Positions 50,072 through 60,201 of a stretch of DNA of 64,000 bases are shown here, one piece after another; positions within the stretch are counted from its first letter, which is position 1; every line of letters starts with the position of its first letter. The stretch is from IMG/VR virus record IMGVR_UViG_3300033062_002302, one strand, 5' to 3'. A program made the position numbers and the translations under genes. Origin of the DNA: a virus (lineage: Duplodnaviria; Caudoviricetes). The notes under the pieces are model-generated. The model did no database searches. It worked only from the letters and a program-made list of their open reading frames with translations, and was not told where the DNA came from.

Positions 50072-51103
50072 ATGGTAGACGCAAATTTAATAGAAAAAAT
50101 ATTAATATATAGAAAAGATGGCTATTCAGGGCTTAAAATAGCCGTTGAATTATGTTTACATAAAAGTCTCGTATATAGAATATTGAAAGATCCAATTTTT
50201 GATGGAATTAAAAAGAAAAATAATAAACAAAAAAGATTAAGTCTTTTTATAAAAGCTGAAATTAAAAGGCTGTATGATTTAAATTATACAACACAACAAA
50301 TTGTTGACGAACTTAATTTAACTCATTGGACAATTACTAGATATTATAGAAAATATAATTTTAACAAAAAAGGAGCCAAAAATTATTCATCTAATTTGTC
50401 TCCCGATCAAGAAATTCAAATTAAAAAATTAATAGCTGAAGGATATGGTAGAGTTAAAATTGCTAAAATCATTAATTCAACAGAGGCTATAATTAGATCT
50501 TATTGTAGGTTTAATAAAATTAAAACCATAGATAATAAATGTTTGAGCAAATCAACTCCTGAAATGATATCTAAAATATTAGAATTACATGAAGCGTGTT
50601 TAAATTCATCTGAAATAAGTCGAAAAACCTACAATCAATTTAAATTATCTAAACATATAATTAGAAAAGTTTTATTAAAAAATGGATTGCCATCAGTAAA
50701 ACCATTAACTAAAGAGCAAATTAGGGATAGAGAACTTTTAAAAAGAATACGAAAGAATTTTTCTAAAGGCGTTCATAGAGAATTAAGAAATAATATTGAT
50801 AATAAGACTTGGAATAATTCATTTACTAAACATGTATCTTATACGATATCTGAATTAAAAGAACATATAGAAAAACAATTTGAACCATGGATGAATTGGG
50901 ATAATTGGGGAAATTATCGTTTAGATTCTTGGAAAGATGATGATGTAACAACTTGGCGATGGCATATAGATCATATAGTGCCAGTAAATAGTTTTATATA
51001 TACGTCCATGGAAGATAAAGCATTTGTTGAATGCTGGAAATTAAGTAATTTAAGACCTTTATCAGGTAAAGAGAATATTATAAAAGGACATAAGATTATT
51101 TAA
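50072..51103 (+). CDS. HNH homing endonuclease with N-terminal HTH-like repeats
   Basis: Four G.S...IA..L-like repeats; LKEHIEKQFEPWMNWDNWG...WHIDHIVP...CWKL.NLRPL...N..K. Confidence 0.8.
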   Translation: MVDANLIEKILIYRKDGYSGLKIAVELCLHKSLVYRILKDPIFDGIKKKNNKQKRLSLFIKAEIKRLYDLNYTTQQIVDELNLTHWTITRYYRKYNFNKKGAKNYSSNLSPDQEIQIKKLIAEGYGRVKIAKIINSTEAIIRSYCRFNKIKTIDNKCLSKSTPEMISKILELHEACLNSSEISRKTYNQFKLSKHIIRKVLLKNGLPSVKPLTKEQIRDRELLKRIRKNFSKGVHRELRNNIDNKTWNNSFTKHVSYTISELKEHIEKQFEPWMNWDNWGNYRLDSWKDDDVTTWRWHIDHIVPVNSFIYTSMEDKAFVECWKLSNLRPLSGKENIIKGHKII

Positions 51104-51151
51104 AGGCATTTCTACCATATTAACATATACTTAGCTTATCTTAGCTTATTT

Positions 51152-51205
51152 AAAATAAATAATGTCTCTTCCTGATATATTAATTAGGAAGAGATGTTTA
51201 TTTTT
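51152..51205 (+). terminator. Long stem-loop (terminator or regulatory) upstream of the tail chaperone
   Basis: TCTCTTCCT (51165-73) pairs with AGGAAGAGA (51186-94), extendable by AAAATAAA/TTTATTTT; followed by a T run and a GGAG SD. Confidence 0.55.
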
Positions 51206-51216
51206 GGAGATTAAAT

Positions 51217-51969
51217 ATGCCAAGTATTAAAAGTGATATAATGAATAAAAATTTACCTAGCTCTCAAATGAGAGAATTTGAAGTATCTAATCCAGATGAT
51301 GTAGAAGAGAGTCAAATTGATTATGATTCATTGTCGCCTGAAATTCAGGCTATAGTCAATCAATTTGAACAAAGGGGGATGAAGATTGATGACAACGTTA
51401 TCCGGTCTTTAATCGCCAAGCATGCGGCGCAAATGCCACCTCCAATGCCCAAGACAATGCAGATTGATGACCCTCTTGATTCTTATCCATCTGTTAAAGA
51501 TATGGAAAAGCAAATTCAAGAGGCTAAGCGTTTGAAATTACAGCCGAATAAGAGCAGATTGAGTCCGGCAGCTAAGAAACGAATCGAGATGTTGTCTGGT
51601 TTGAAAAAAAATACCAGAACTTGCGTTATTGGAGATTATGAATATCAGCTTCAGACGTTAAGAGGTGGTGAATTGAAAGATGCTATTATGGCGGCATCGG
51701 CGTTTGATGGGACGATAGAGCTTCCATTTGAGACGCGGAAGCAGCTTTTGGCTCGTTCTTTGACTCATGTAGCCGGGACGGATATTGATACTTTCTTAGG
51801 AAGCTCTTCATTAGAGGCTAAATTAGAGTTTTTGGGCGAAGAATTAGATGAAAGAATTACTTCAAGGCTTTATAATGAGTATTTGTTATTGGTTGATGAG
51901 GTAACAAAGAAATATTCAGTGAAAACGGCGGAAGACGCTCAGGAAGTGACAGAAGACCTAAAAAAATAA
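51217..51969 (+). CDS. Tail assembly chaperone (gpG-like)
   Basis: Between tube and tape measure; ends at a slippery A-run (DLKK*). Confidence 0.75.
   Translation: MPSIKSDIMNKNLPSSQMREFEVSNPDDVEESQIDYDSLSPEIQAIVNQFEQRGMKIDDNVIRSLIAKHAAQMPPPMPKTMQIDDPLDSYPSVKDMEKQIQEAKRLKLQPNKSRLSPAAKKRIEMLSGLKKNTRTCVIGDYEYQLQTLRGGELKDAIMAASAFDGTIELPFETRKQLLARSLTHVAGTDIDTFLGSSSLEAKLEFLGEELDERITSRLYNEYLLLVDEVTKKYSVKTAEDAQEVTEDLKK
51960..51966 (+). other. Programmed -1 frameshift site A AAA AAA
   Basis: CTA AAA AAA TAA; the -1 frame reads IINEPEHRFLWFLVKTLGK into the 52002..52319 ORF. Confidence 0.8.
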
Positions 51970-52319
51970 TAAATGAACCAGAGCATCGATTTCTCTGGTT
52001 CTTGGTCAAGACATTGGGGAAGATGCCTGATGATCCTGCACTAGAAAACATGAATCCGGTTTTAAAGCTATGGATGTTTGAAAACTGGCTTGAAGATCAA
52101 AATGATGATATTGAATTAGTCAAAAATCACGCATATCTAATAGGATCCTTTATTAATCCAGAAGCGGTTCGACAACTCACGGGTCAGGATGGAAATACTC
52201 ATTCTTTGAGCGATGAGGAATTTGATAAATCACTTGAATTAGTTAAGCAAGATAGAGACAAAAATTCAGGGAGAAGAAGACGGCGAAGAAAAGTTAAAGA
52301 AGTTCAAGAGAAGGTTTAA
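51966..52319 (+). CDS. Frameshift extension of the tail chaperone (gpT-like)
   Basis: Open in the -1 frame from 51966; the TTG at 52002 has no clear SD. Confidence 0.75.
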   Translation: MINEPEHRFLWFLVKTLGKMPDDPALENMNPVLKLWMFENWLEDQNDDIELVKNHAYLIGSFINPEAVRQLTGQDGNTHSLSDEEFDKSLELVKQDRDKNSGRRRRRRKVKEVQEKV

Positions 52320-52322
52320 TTT

Positions 52323-54464
52323 ATGGCAGACGAAACAATATTACCATCAGTGTCAGATACTGAAGCTATAACGCAATCTGTTACGCAGACAGGTGCAGCC
52401 GTTGATAAATTAACTGCTTCTAATTTAGCCGCCGTTGATGCCAATAATAGACATTCTAGTTCTGTAATTGATAATATAGCTCAGCAAGGCAAAGCTATTT
52501 TTTCTTCTAAATTATTAAAAGATAATTTTGATTTGTTGGCTCAAGCAGCATTAGGGGCATCAAGCGCTTTTAACAATTTTAGTAGTTCAATGGATCAAAC
52601 TCAAGGGTTTGAAACTCAAGCTGCTAGAGTTGTTGATTTGATTAATAATAATAAATTGTTGGGAACCTCTTTAAGAGAAGTTGCTGGCAGTTTAGGAATG
52701 AAAGACGTTCTATCTGCAACGACGGCAGGATTAACTGCATTTATTATGGAGACGGCTAAAGGAGCCGATCAATCTCTTAGATTACAAAAAGGCTATACTA
52801 GTCTTATGGGAGAAACTGGTAATTTAGGCTCTTTTTATGATAAAGCGGGCGATCATTTAAAACATATGAATGATATGATGTTAACTCAAAATGAGTTAAT
52901 TAATAGAATCTCTGGTTCAACTGGTGCGACCAAAGAGCAGGTTTCTGGATTTTATCAATTGCTTGGAACGAGTCTTCCGACTTCATTAACTCAAGGAAGC
53001 TCAGCAGTTGATAGTCAAGCTAAATCATTTAATACTTTGAAAGACGCGATGGATCTGGCTGCTGGAACAGGGCGTACTGTTAATGATGTTATCGGCTCAA
53101 TGAAAAAAGGTTTTGAGGCTTATGGTGTTGAAGGTGAAAAGGCTTTAATTTTTACTTCTAGAATGTCTCAATTAAACAATGATTTCCATATACCATTAGA
53201 ATATACTCGAAAGTTTTTATATGCTAATGCTGAATCATTTAAAATGCTTTCGAGTCAAGTTGATAATTCTAATGATTCTTTTAGTCGTTGGTTTGGCTCT
53301 TTGCAGGGAACTGGTCTTAGTGCTAAAAATTCTGTTGAGGTCATTGAGGGAATGACAAAAGGGCTTGCGGGCTTAACGGTAGCTCAGAAAGCATTTTTAT
53401 CAGCTCAAACTGGTGGTCCAGGTGGATTACGTGGAGCTTTGCAAATCGAAGGCTTGATTCGTGACGGCAAAATTGATGAAGTTTTACAGAAGACAGAGCA
53501 AGTTTTAAAGAAGCAATTTGGCGGTAAGATCTACAGCCAGGCAGAAGGTCAAGAAAGCGAATTTGCGGCAGCGCAGTTTATTCGTCAACGTCAGATGATT
53601 ACGAGCGGTGCATTTGGAATTAAGGCTGACGAAGGTCAAGCGACCAGAATTCTTGAAGCTTTTAAAACAGGAAAGCCTGCTGCCGCAGAATTACGCGGTA
53701 AAGATAATGATGGAGGCTTAAGCGATTTCAGGAATAAGGGAGAAGAACAGCAAAAGTCTTCATCAACTTATTTTTCTACGTTAATCAATCAAGCTGATCG
53801 TCAACTAGCGTTAAGTTCTAAGTCTAGCATTGATACAATTCAACAATTAGTTGGAATTAATGAAAATACAAAAAATCCTAATATTAAAAATTTAGTTGGA
53901 GATTATAGAAAAGAATCAAATGAAAAAATGTTAATGACGGGAGCTGTTGCTCAAGCTCCTGGGACGCCTAAAGGTTTTGCTCAAGAATTAGCAATTGATA
54001 ACATGAAAGATGGCATTAATTCTCTTAAAGCTATTCCTGGAATGAAAGAGATAGCCGAATCTCTTGAAAAGAGATTTAAGTCAGACAATCCAAGCGTTCG
54101 TCAAGGCGCTTTTAATGAATATCAAAAAATTAAAAATACTAGAAACTTTGAGAATGCTAAAAATCAAACAGATTTTGATCAAGAGCAAATGAGGCGTGAG
54201 CGAGAAGCAAATAAAGCTAGAGATTTATCTTCTTATACTTCAAAAGGAGGCGCGACCAATCGCGTTGTTGCTCAGTCTCTTAATAATTCGAAACCAAAAG
54301 AAGAGCAATCAGCAAATCAAGATTCTTTTAATGAAAAAGGAAAAGTAAATACATCAAAAGTAGAAGTGACCTTTAAAGGTCTTTGTGTTAATTGCGCTCA
54401 ACCTGTTCAGCCAGATTCTGACATTGGCGCTATCACTAGTGGAACCGCAGGGCAATCTCAATAA
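52323..54464 (+). CDS. Tape measure protein
   Basis: 713 aa, A/G/S/Q-rich helical sequence following the G/GT chaperone pair. Confidence 0.75.
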   Translation: MADETILPSVSDTEAITQSVTQTGAAVDKLTASNLAAVDANNRHSSSVIDNIAQQGKAIFSSKLLKDNFDLLAQAALGASSAFNNFSSSMDQTQGFETQAARVVDLINNNKLLGTSLREVAGSLGMKDVLSATTAGLTAFIMETAKGADQSLRLQKGYTSLMGETGNLGSFYDKAGDHLKHMNDMMLTQNELINRISGSTGATKEQVSGFYQLLGTSLPTSLTQGSSAVDSQAKSFNTLKDAMDLAAGTGRTVNDVIGSMKKGFEAYGVEGEKALIFTSRMSQLNNDFHIPLEYTRKFLYANAESFKMLSSQVDNSNDSFSRWFGSLQGTGLSAKNSVEVIEGMTKGLAGLTVAQKAFLSAQTGGPGGLRGALQIEGLIRDGKIDEVLQKTEQVLKKQFGGKIYSQAEGQESEFAAAQFIRQRQMITSGAFGIKADEGQATRILEAFKTGKPAAAELRGKDNDGGLSDFRNKGEEQQKSSSTYFSTLINQADRQLALSSKSSIDTIQQLVGINENTKNPNIKNLVGDYRKESNEKMLMTGAVAQAPGTPKGFAQELAIDNMKDGINSLKAIPGMKEIAESLEKRFKSDNPSVRQGAFNEYQKIKNTRNFENAKNQTDFDQEQMRREREANKARDLSSYTSKGGATNRVVAQSLNNSKPKEEQSANQDSFNEKGKVNTSKVEVTFKGLCVNCAQPVQPDSDIGAITSGTAGQSQ

Positions 54465-54473
54465 AGGATCATT

Positions 54474-55331
54474 ATGGCTAGTTTTCTCGATAATTTAGAT
54501 TCTGTTGTTGTTGATGCCGCAGGTAATACTATTGATTTTTTAAAAGATAGCACTACTCCAAATAATAATTTTAATCAAGACGGATTTATGGTACCAACAA
54601 GTCCAACGTCAGATGGGAATGGCTTACCTTCCAGTAAAGTTCCAAGTAATAGAATTGCAACACCAAAAAGAAGTTTAATTCATTGGTTCATTCCAGAATT
54701 TGGGGTTGTTAAAATGTATGTCAATCCTTCTGAAGTTATCTATAATAAAAAGAAGCAAATAAATAAAGAAAGAACCAAAGGTGGCTATAGTTTGCAGTAT
54801 TGGGGAGAGGAGCTAGAAACAATATCGATTAGAGGAAATACTGGTAGTTCTGGAATTGAGGGAATGAATGTTCTTGAAGAGATTTATAGAGCAGAACAAT
54901 TTTCATTTGATTCTATTGGATTAACTCTTGCTTCTGATAATGCAGCTCAAGGTCTTGCTTCTAATTTTGTTAGTAAAATTACTGATAAAGTTGCTAATAA
55001 AGTTGGAGTTAATGTATTAGGGGGAATTTTAGGACCAGAGCTTGGAAATACGGCTCTGGCGGCTCGCAATATTCCTTCTCTCGCTCAATTTGCTTTTAGC
55101 GTCGAGATGTTTTATCAAGGCTGGGTTTATAGAGGTTTTTTTGAATCTCTGCAAATAACAGAGTCTATTTCTAATTTGGGTCTTTTTGAGTATTCAATAA
55201 ATTTTACGGCAACTCAGAGAAGAGGATATAGAACTAACTATATGCCGTGGCATAAATCAGCAATAGATGGACCTTCCAATAATATTGATCCTAGTCCAAT
55301 TCCAAAAAGTTTTTTAAAACTAGATCGTTAA
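54474..55331 (+). CDS. Baseplate tube-initiator-like protein
   Basis: MYVNP......KK.I...RTKGG...QYWGEEL..I...G.TG; Y.G.F...F.Y...F. Confidence 0.6.
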   Translation: MASFLDNLDSVVVDAAGNTIDFLKDSTTPNNNFNQDGFMVPTSPTSDGNGLPSSKVPSNRIATPKRSLIHWFIPEFGVVKMYVNPSEVIYNKKKQINKERTKGGYSLQYWGEELETISIRGNTGSSGIEGMNVLEEIYRAEQFSFDSIGLTLASDNAAQGLASNFVSKITDKVANKVGVNVLGGILGPELGNTALAARNIPSLAQFAFSVEMFYQGWVYRGFFESLQITESISNLGLFEYSINFTATQRRGYRTNYMPWHKSAIDGPSNNIDPSPIPKSFLKLDR

Positions 55332-55332
55332 T

Positions 55333-58300
55333 ATGGCAGCAAACGAATTTTTATCAAATTTAGCAGACGCAATCGAAGATCAATTTAGTCTTGGAGAAAA
55401 TTCCACTCGTTCTTTAAAGCTAGGTAATTTTGCCAAACAGATCGATCAAACTGCTCAGCGTAAATACGTTGAACAAGGCTATCTAAGATTAGACCCTTAT
55501 AATGCTTCTCCTAAACAATTTGAAATTCTAACTCAAGAGCCGGACTTAACTGTTTTAGTTAAGAAACGGGCTTTTGCTAGTTTGAGTGAAAATTTTCGTC
55601 TTGACCATATGGATAAAGATGAAAAGCTTTTCTATAAAGCGACCAAAATTTTATTTCAAAATAAATGCAAGCAAATTGCAGTCATGGAAAAGCTTTCTAA
55701 GATTGAAGGCGTTTCCAATAAAACTGGTCAGTTGGCAACTCAATTACTACCAATTATAATTAGCTTAGTGGATAGTTTAAGCCTTCGAACAACGGCAGAA
55801 GTTGCAGCTTCTGAAATTCTGAGTGGCAATTCTGGTTCCGGAATGGAACGCGACCTTGGAAAATTAAAGAATGTTATTGATAAGGTTCGTCGAGTCTATC
55901 AGTATAGTAATGATGCTAAATATACGGAATGGGTTTCTTCTGTTGGAACATTATCTTCGACTCTTTATGGTCAAGGAACTGGAGTTATTGAATTAAACAA
56001 TGTTACAGGAATTTCAACGAGTTTATCTGTTGGAAGTGGTGGAAGCATTGGAGGCGGAACTTTTAGCCTTAGCATTGTTGATCCTTATAATTTAATGACA
56101 ATTACTCAATATGACATTGAGAAAGCATTGTCTGACGCCACCAATTCAAATTATAATAAAAAATTATTTCAGTTTACTGAAGAGAACCTTCAATCTTCTA
56201 TTGAAACTGCTAAAAAGAAATTAAATGATAAAAGAAGACAGCGTGGTGTTAGCGCCATTGAATTTATTGTTAGCCCAGACACTTTATTAAGCAAAAGAGT
56301 TAGAGCTATTATTGAAGCTAACGCTGTTGACATTAACTTTACTTATCAACCAGCTGCTGGCTTAGCTGGTATCGCGCCAGGTCTTGGCGGGGTCACTATC
56401 TCTCAAGAGCATTTGAAAGGAGGTCCTGAGGTTGGTCTGGAAGGACTAGACACATCTGAGAGTGTATTTACTAATAACTTAGAAACTGATGTTACAATTA
56501 GAAGAATGGATTCAGAATCTGAATCGAGTCTTTTTTCAAATATCATTAGTAAAATTTTTAATTTATTAGAATTGAAAGTTAATTCAAGATCTATTACTAA
56601 ACAAAATAATAAATTAACTAATTATGCTAGAAAAAAATTAAATTTTCATTATAATGGTAAATTGATTATTCAATCAATGGATCAAGTTCATATTTATATT
56701 AATTCTAAAGCAAGAACGGATAGTAAATTACTTGGTGGTTTACAGTCAGCCTTTACAGGATATGGAGCTATTAAAGGAATTAATAATGGTATAGCGGATA
56801 TTAGAAATCAATTTAAGAGCCTTTTTAATCCATCTGATAGCGCTAATTTTCAGACAGAAAAAGCCGTCTTTGTTGGAAGTGATTTTCCAAATTGGCTTTG
56901 GACTATTTTAAGAAATCAATTTGTTAATGATACCTCTGGAACTCATGTTTTTGGTGGAGTTGTTGAAAATTCGACAAGTGATTGCAATGCAGGGCTCTAT
57001 AATGTTAATATTACTGGAAAAGATAATAGTTATTATCTTCAAATGGGTAAAGTTAATTTAAAGCCTTCCGTCTCTGTTTTTAACGGACCTTTACTTGATC
57101 CTTTGACTCCATTAAAAACAAAATTTGATACTATTTCAAGCAATTTTAAAAATAACAATCCGGATTTATTAGATGAAAATAAACAATTATTACAATCTTC
57201 ATTTGCTAGATTTAAAGCTGGTAAAGATTCTGGTAGAAAAGTAACAGAAGCGAATATTATACAAGATCATGAAATTCAAAGAAGCTCTGGAGTTATACGT
57301 AAGGTTATGTATTCTCCGGATGGATTTACTTATCGATGGAAAGAAGGAATCGGGACTTACGTTCAATTTAGCAATGCTTTCGATGTAGCAACAGATAATA
57401 ATGTAGGCAATCCAGCAGTAACTAAAGATCCATTTGCTGGTCAAGATGTTATGAACGTCATTTCTTTAGCAGTAACTGGAATTCCATATAATTATGCCAC
57501 TTTTTATAAGGCGGCTAGGGATTCTAATGGTTTTGGTCGAGACCCACAAACGAATGAAGATTCTGCTCGTTCTTTTTATAAATCATTAACGACTGATTTA
57601 AAAAAGAATAATCTTTTATGGGGCAATTTCATTCCATTTAAAAATTTAGTAATGGATGAAGAAGCTTTTAAGAAAGTTTTAAATAGCCAAGCTAATATTA
57701 CAGATAAGAGTGAAAAAATTGATCGTAAACTATTAGAAATTAGGACTCTAGTTGATGCTTTGGCTGTAAAAAAAGTTCGTGGCGAAAATGTTCAGGACCC
57801 CGCGAATACTCTTGCTTCAAATAAAATTGCAAAATTAAAAGAAGAAATTAATAACCTTCAATTTGGAATTGTCAGTGAATTATCTAGTACAAACGCCTTA
57901 AATATTATAGGTAATGAAGTGTCTTTTGATTATGATACATTCTTAAATACAGACGCTAGTAATAAAGCAAGTCTTTCTAATCCTAATTTAAGGAATGAAT
58001 TAAGAAGAAAAGTTAATTTTTTAACTCGTCGTTTAACTTGGCAAGTACGAGGAAATGATGATAAGAATTATTTAATTGTAGATGATTCATACGATAAAGA
58101 TTATGATATTATGGCTTTTGAAAAAGCTTTAAACGGTCCTGAGGGGATGCAGCTTTTTAATAGTGATTATACTGATGTTAAAGGTAAGATTGAAATTGTT
58201 GCCAAACTTTTAAATCTAGAAGTTTTCTGTGATACTCAAGGTCATATTAGAGTTCGTCCCCCACAATATAATAGAATTCCAAGTTCTATTTTTTATAGAC

Positions 58301-60201
58301 TCCTTCAGTTAAAGAAAACATCTGGGATTCAGTTATTTCCTCAATTTATTGAAGATTTATTTGAAGATCAAATTTCATCGCTGCTTCAAAGAATTGAAAT
58401 TATTGAACAACAGATTCGATTAGATGCAATTCTCCTAGGACAAGTTACAGATGATGCTGCAACGATTCTTATTCGTGGAACTGAATTTTATTCTTCTGCT
58501 CAAGGAGATACAGAGTTCTCTTTCATCTCTAATTCTAATGGAGATATTGTTGAAATGCAAGGGGTTTTGAATAAGGAGCCAGACAAAGCTCAAAATAGTG
58601 CTTTTGTAAATACTCTTGCGGCAACTAATAATTTAATACAAAAACAAAGTGCTATTAAATCGGCATTTAATGCTAATGATAGGTCTAAATATCTTTTAGA
58701 TAATCTTAATTCTTCTCTTTCTTTACCGGAGAGTGCTAATACAGTTGAAACCAATACACTTATTAATAAAATTAAAGAATCAATTTATATTAAAAGTGGT
58801 CAACAGGTCAAAATAGATAATTTTTATAGCGTTACTGGGGATGTAGCCCGTGGCGCTTATAACAAAGTTGATATTTTTAAAGTCAGTAAGGATTTAGGAG
58901 ATAAAGTTGCTGAGCGGCAGCGAGTAATCAAATTGGCAGCAAGCGCATTGAAAAATGCTAAAGAGGCAGTTAGCTTAGATGACAACAGTTTAACAGGGAC
59001 CAAATTGTTGGTTCCGGATATCGCTAAAAATTCTAATATTCCTGAAGTCTTTGCCAATATGCTTGAAGATGAGAGTTATGATGATTATGGTCCAGGCTCG
59101 GGGTCTCGATACATCATTAAAAATTATCAAATTAAGAATCTATCTATTACAGAAACTCCTCCTAGTTTCAATGCGGTTCAAGTTAAAGGACAACTAAATC
59201 CTTATGATTCAAATGAGGATGCGGGTGTTCCTAACGTCAGTTTCTTTGGAGATGGTCAAGGTGGAAATCCATTAGTGACTGCCGCTGCTGTTGATTATGA
59301 TTCTTGGCGAATGTATGGGTTTCGTCTTGCTCAACCAATTCCCGCTCCATTCTTAACAGATGCCCAATCTCAATCTGCTCCATTTGCAGCGACTTTATTA
59401 AGTCGGGCACGGCAAGATATTCTTCAGGGAAGATTGGTTATTGCTGGAAATGAATTCATGCAGCCCGGAGATGTTATTTATATAGAAGATAAAAATCTAT
59501 TATTCTATGTTGAAACGGTTACTCATTCATTTCAATATTCTTCAAGCTTTACAACAACTTTAACTCTTAAGTATGGACATTCTCCTGGAGAATATATTCC
59601 AACGACTCTTGATATTATGGGTAAGCTTCTTTATAATAATAGAGATTCATCTTCTCTTGTTAATATGAGACAAGATAATTCAGCTAATCAATTGCCAATT
59701 GGAACAATTGTAATTGATCGTCGAGGTTCGAGCTTTTCTTTAGACATTTCAAACTCTGTTATTAATGGTTCTTATGGCGAACATAATATTAAAGTTATTA
59801 ATGATATGTTGTATACGACTTTTTATTCAATCAATTCAAATACAGATACTGACACAAATGTTAAATCTAAAATAGAATTAAGAATATTTCATAATGGCGC
59901 TCCTGATAATAGCTTATCTCAAGCGGCAGCATATGTTAGATCTATAATGATTGGAAGCGTAATTCCAGAAGCGAAGAGCGCTTTAAATAAAAATAATTTA
60001 AAGCTCAAATATGATGATATCGAGATTGTTTTTATAGATACGACCAATCAATCTCAGCCTCGCTCTCCATCTCAAAAATCAGTAGATATGGTTAGAAATG
60101 TTTTGGCAACTGCTTCTAATCAATCAGGAACAGGCAAGTCTTTAAATACAGTTCTTTATAGTTATATTATTGATTGCTGGTTGGTTAATAAAAAATCATG
60201 A
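55333..60201 (+). CDS. Large baseplate hub protein (gp27/gpD-like with insertions)
   Basis: LEVFCD.QG.I..RPPQYN; YGFR; G...I.GN...QPG..IY......FYVE.V.HSF....FTT.L.L.YG. Confidence 0.65.
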   Translation: MAANEFLSNLADAIEDQFSLGENSTRSLKLGNFAKQIDQTAQRKYVEQGYLRLDPYNASPKQFEILTQEPDLTVLVKKRAFASLSENFRLDHMDKDEKLFYKATKILFQNKCKQIAVMEKLSKIEGVSNKTGQLATQLLPIIISLVDSLSLRTTAEVAASEILSGNSGSGMERDLGKLKNVIDKVRRVYQYSNDAKYTEWVSSVGTLSSTLYGQGTGVIELNNVTGISTSLSVGSGGSIGGGTFSLSIVDPYNLMTITQYDIEKALSDATNSNYNKKLFQFTEENLQSSIETAKKKLNDKRRQRGVSAIEFIVSPDTLLSKRVRAIIEANAVDINFTYQPAAGLAGIAPGLGGVTISQEHLKGGPEVGLEGLDTSESVFTNNLETDVTIRRMDSESESSLFSNIISKIFNLLELKVNSRSITKQNNKLTNYARKKLNFHYNGKLIIQSMDQVHIYINSKARTDSKLLGGLQSAFTGYGAIKGINNGIADIRNQFKSLFNPSDSANFQTEKAVFVGSDFPNWLWTILRNQFVNDTSGTHVFGGVVENSTSDCNAGLYNVNITGKDNSYYLQMGKVNLKPSVSVFNGPLLDPLTPLKTKFDTISSNFKNNNPDLLDENKQLLQSSFARFKAGKDSGRKVTEANIIQDHEIQRSSGVIRKVMYSPDGFTYRWKEGIGTYVQFSNAFDVATDNNVGNPAVTKDPFAGQDVMNVISLAVTGIPYNYATFYKAARDSNGFGRDPQTNEDSARSFYKSLTTDLKKNNLLWGNFIPFKNLVMDEEAFKKVLNSQANITDKSEKIDRKLLEIRTLVDALAVKKVRGENVQDPANTLASNKIAKLKEEINNLQFGIVSELSSTNALNIIGNEVSFDYDTFLNTDASNKASLSNPNLRNELRRKVNFLTRRLTWQVRGNDDKNYLIVDDSYDKDYDIMAFEKALNGPEGMQLFNSDYTDVKGKIEIVAKLLNLEVFCDTQGHIRVRPPQYNRIPSSIFYRLLQLKKTSGIQLFPQFIEDLFEDQISSLLQRIEIIEQQIRLDAILLGQVTDDAATILIRGTEFYSSAQGDTEFSFISNSNGDIVEMQGVLNKEPDKAQNSAFVNTLAATNNLIQKQSAIKSAFNANDRSKYLLDNLNSSLSLPESANTVETNTLINKIKESIYIKSGQQVKIDNFYSVTGDVARGAYNKVDIFKVSKDLGDKVAERQRVIKLAASALKNAKEAVSLDDNSLTGTKLLVPDIAKNSNIPEVFANMLEDESYDDYGPGSGSRYIIKNYQIKNLSITETPPSFNAVQVKGQLNPYDSNEDAGVPNVSFFGDGQGGNPLVTAAAVDYDSWRMYGFRLAQPIPAPFLTDAQSQSAPFAATLLSRARQDILQGRLVIAGNEFMQPGDVIYIEDKNLLFYVETVTHSFQYSSSFTTTLTLKYGHSPGEYIPTTLDIMGKLLYNNRDSSSLVNMRQDNSANQLPIGTIVIDRRGSSFSLDISNSVINGSYGEHNIKVINDMLYTTFYSINSNTDTDTNVKSKIELRIFHNGAPDNSLSQAAAYVRSIMIGSVIPEAKSALNKNNLKLKYDDIEIVFIDTTNQSQPRSPSQKSVDMVRNVLATASNQSGTGKSLNTVLYSYIIDCWLVNKKS

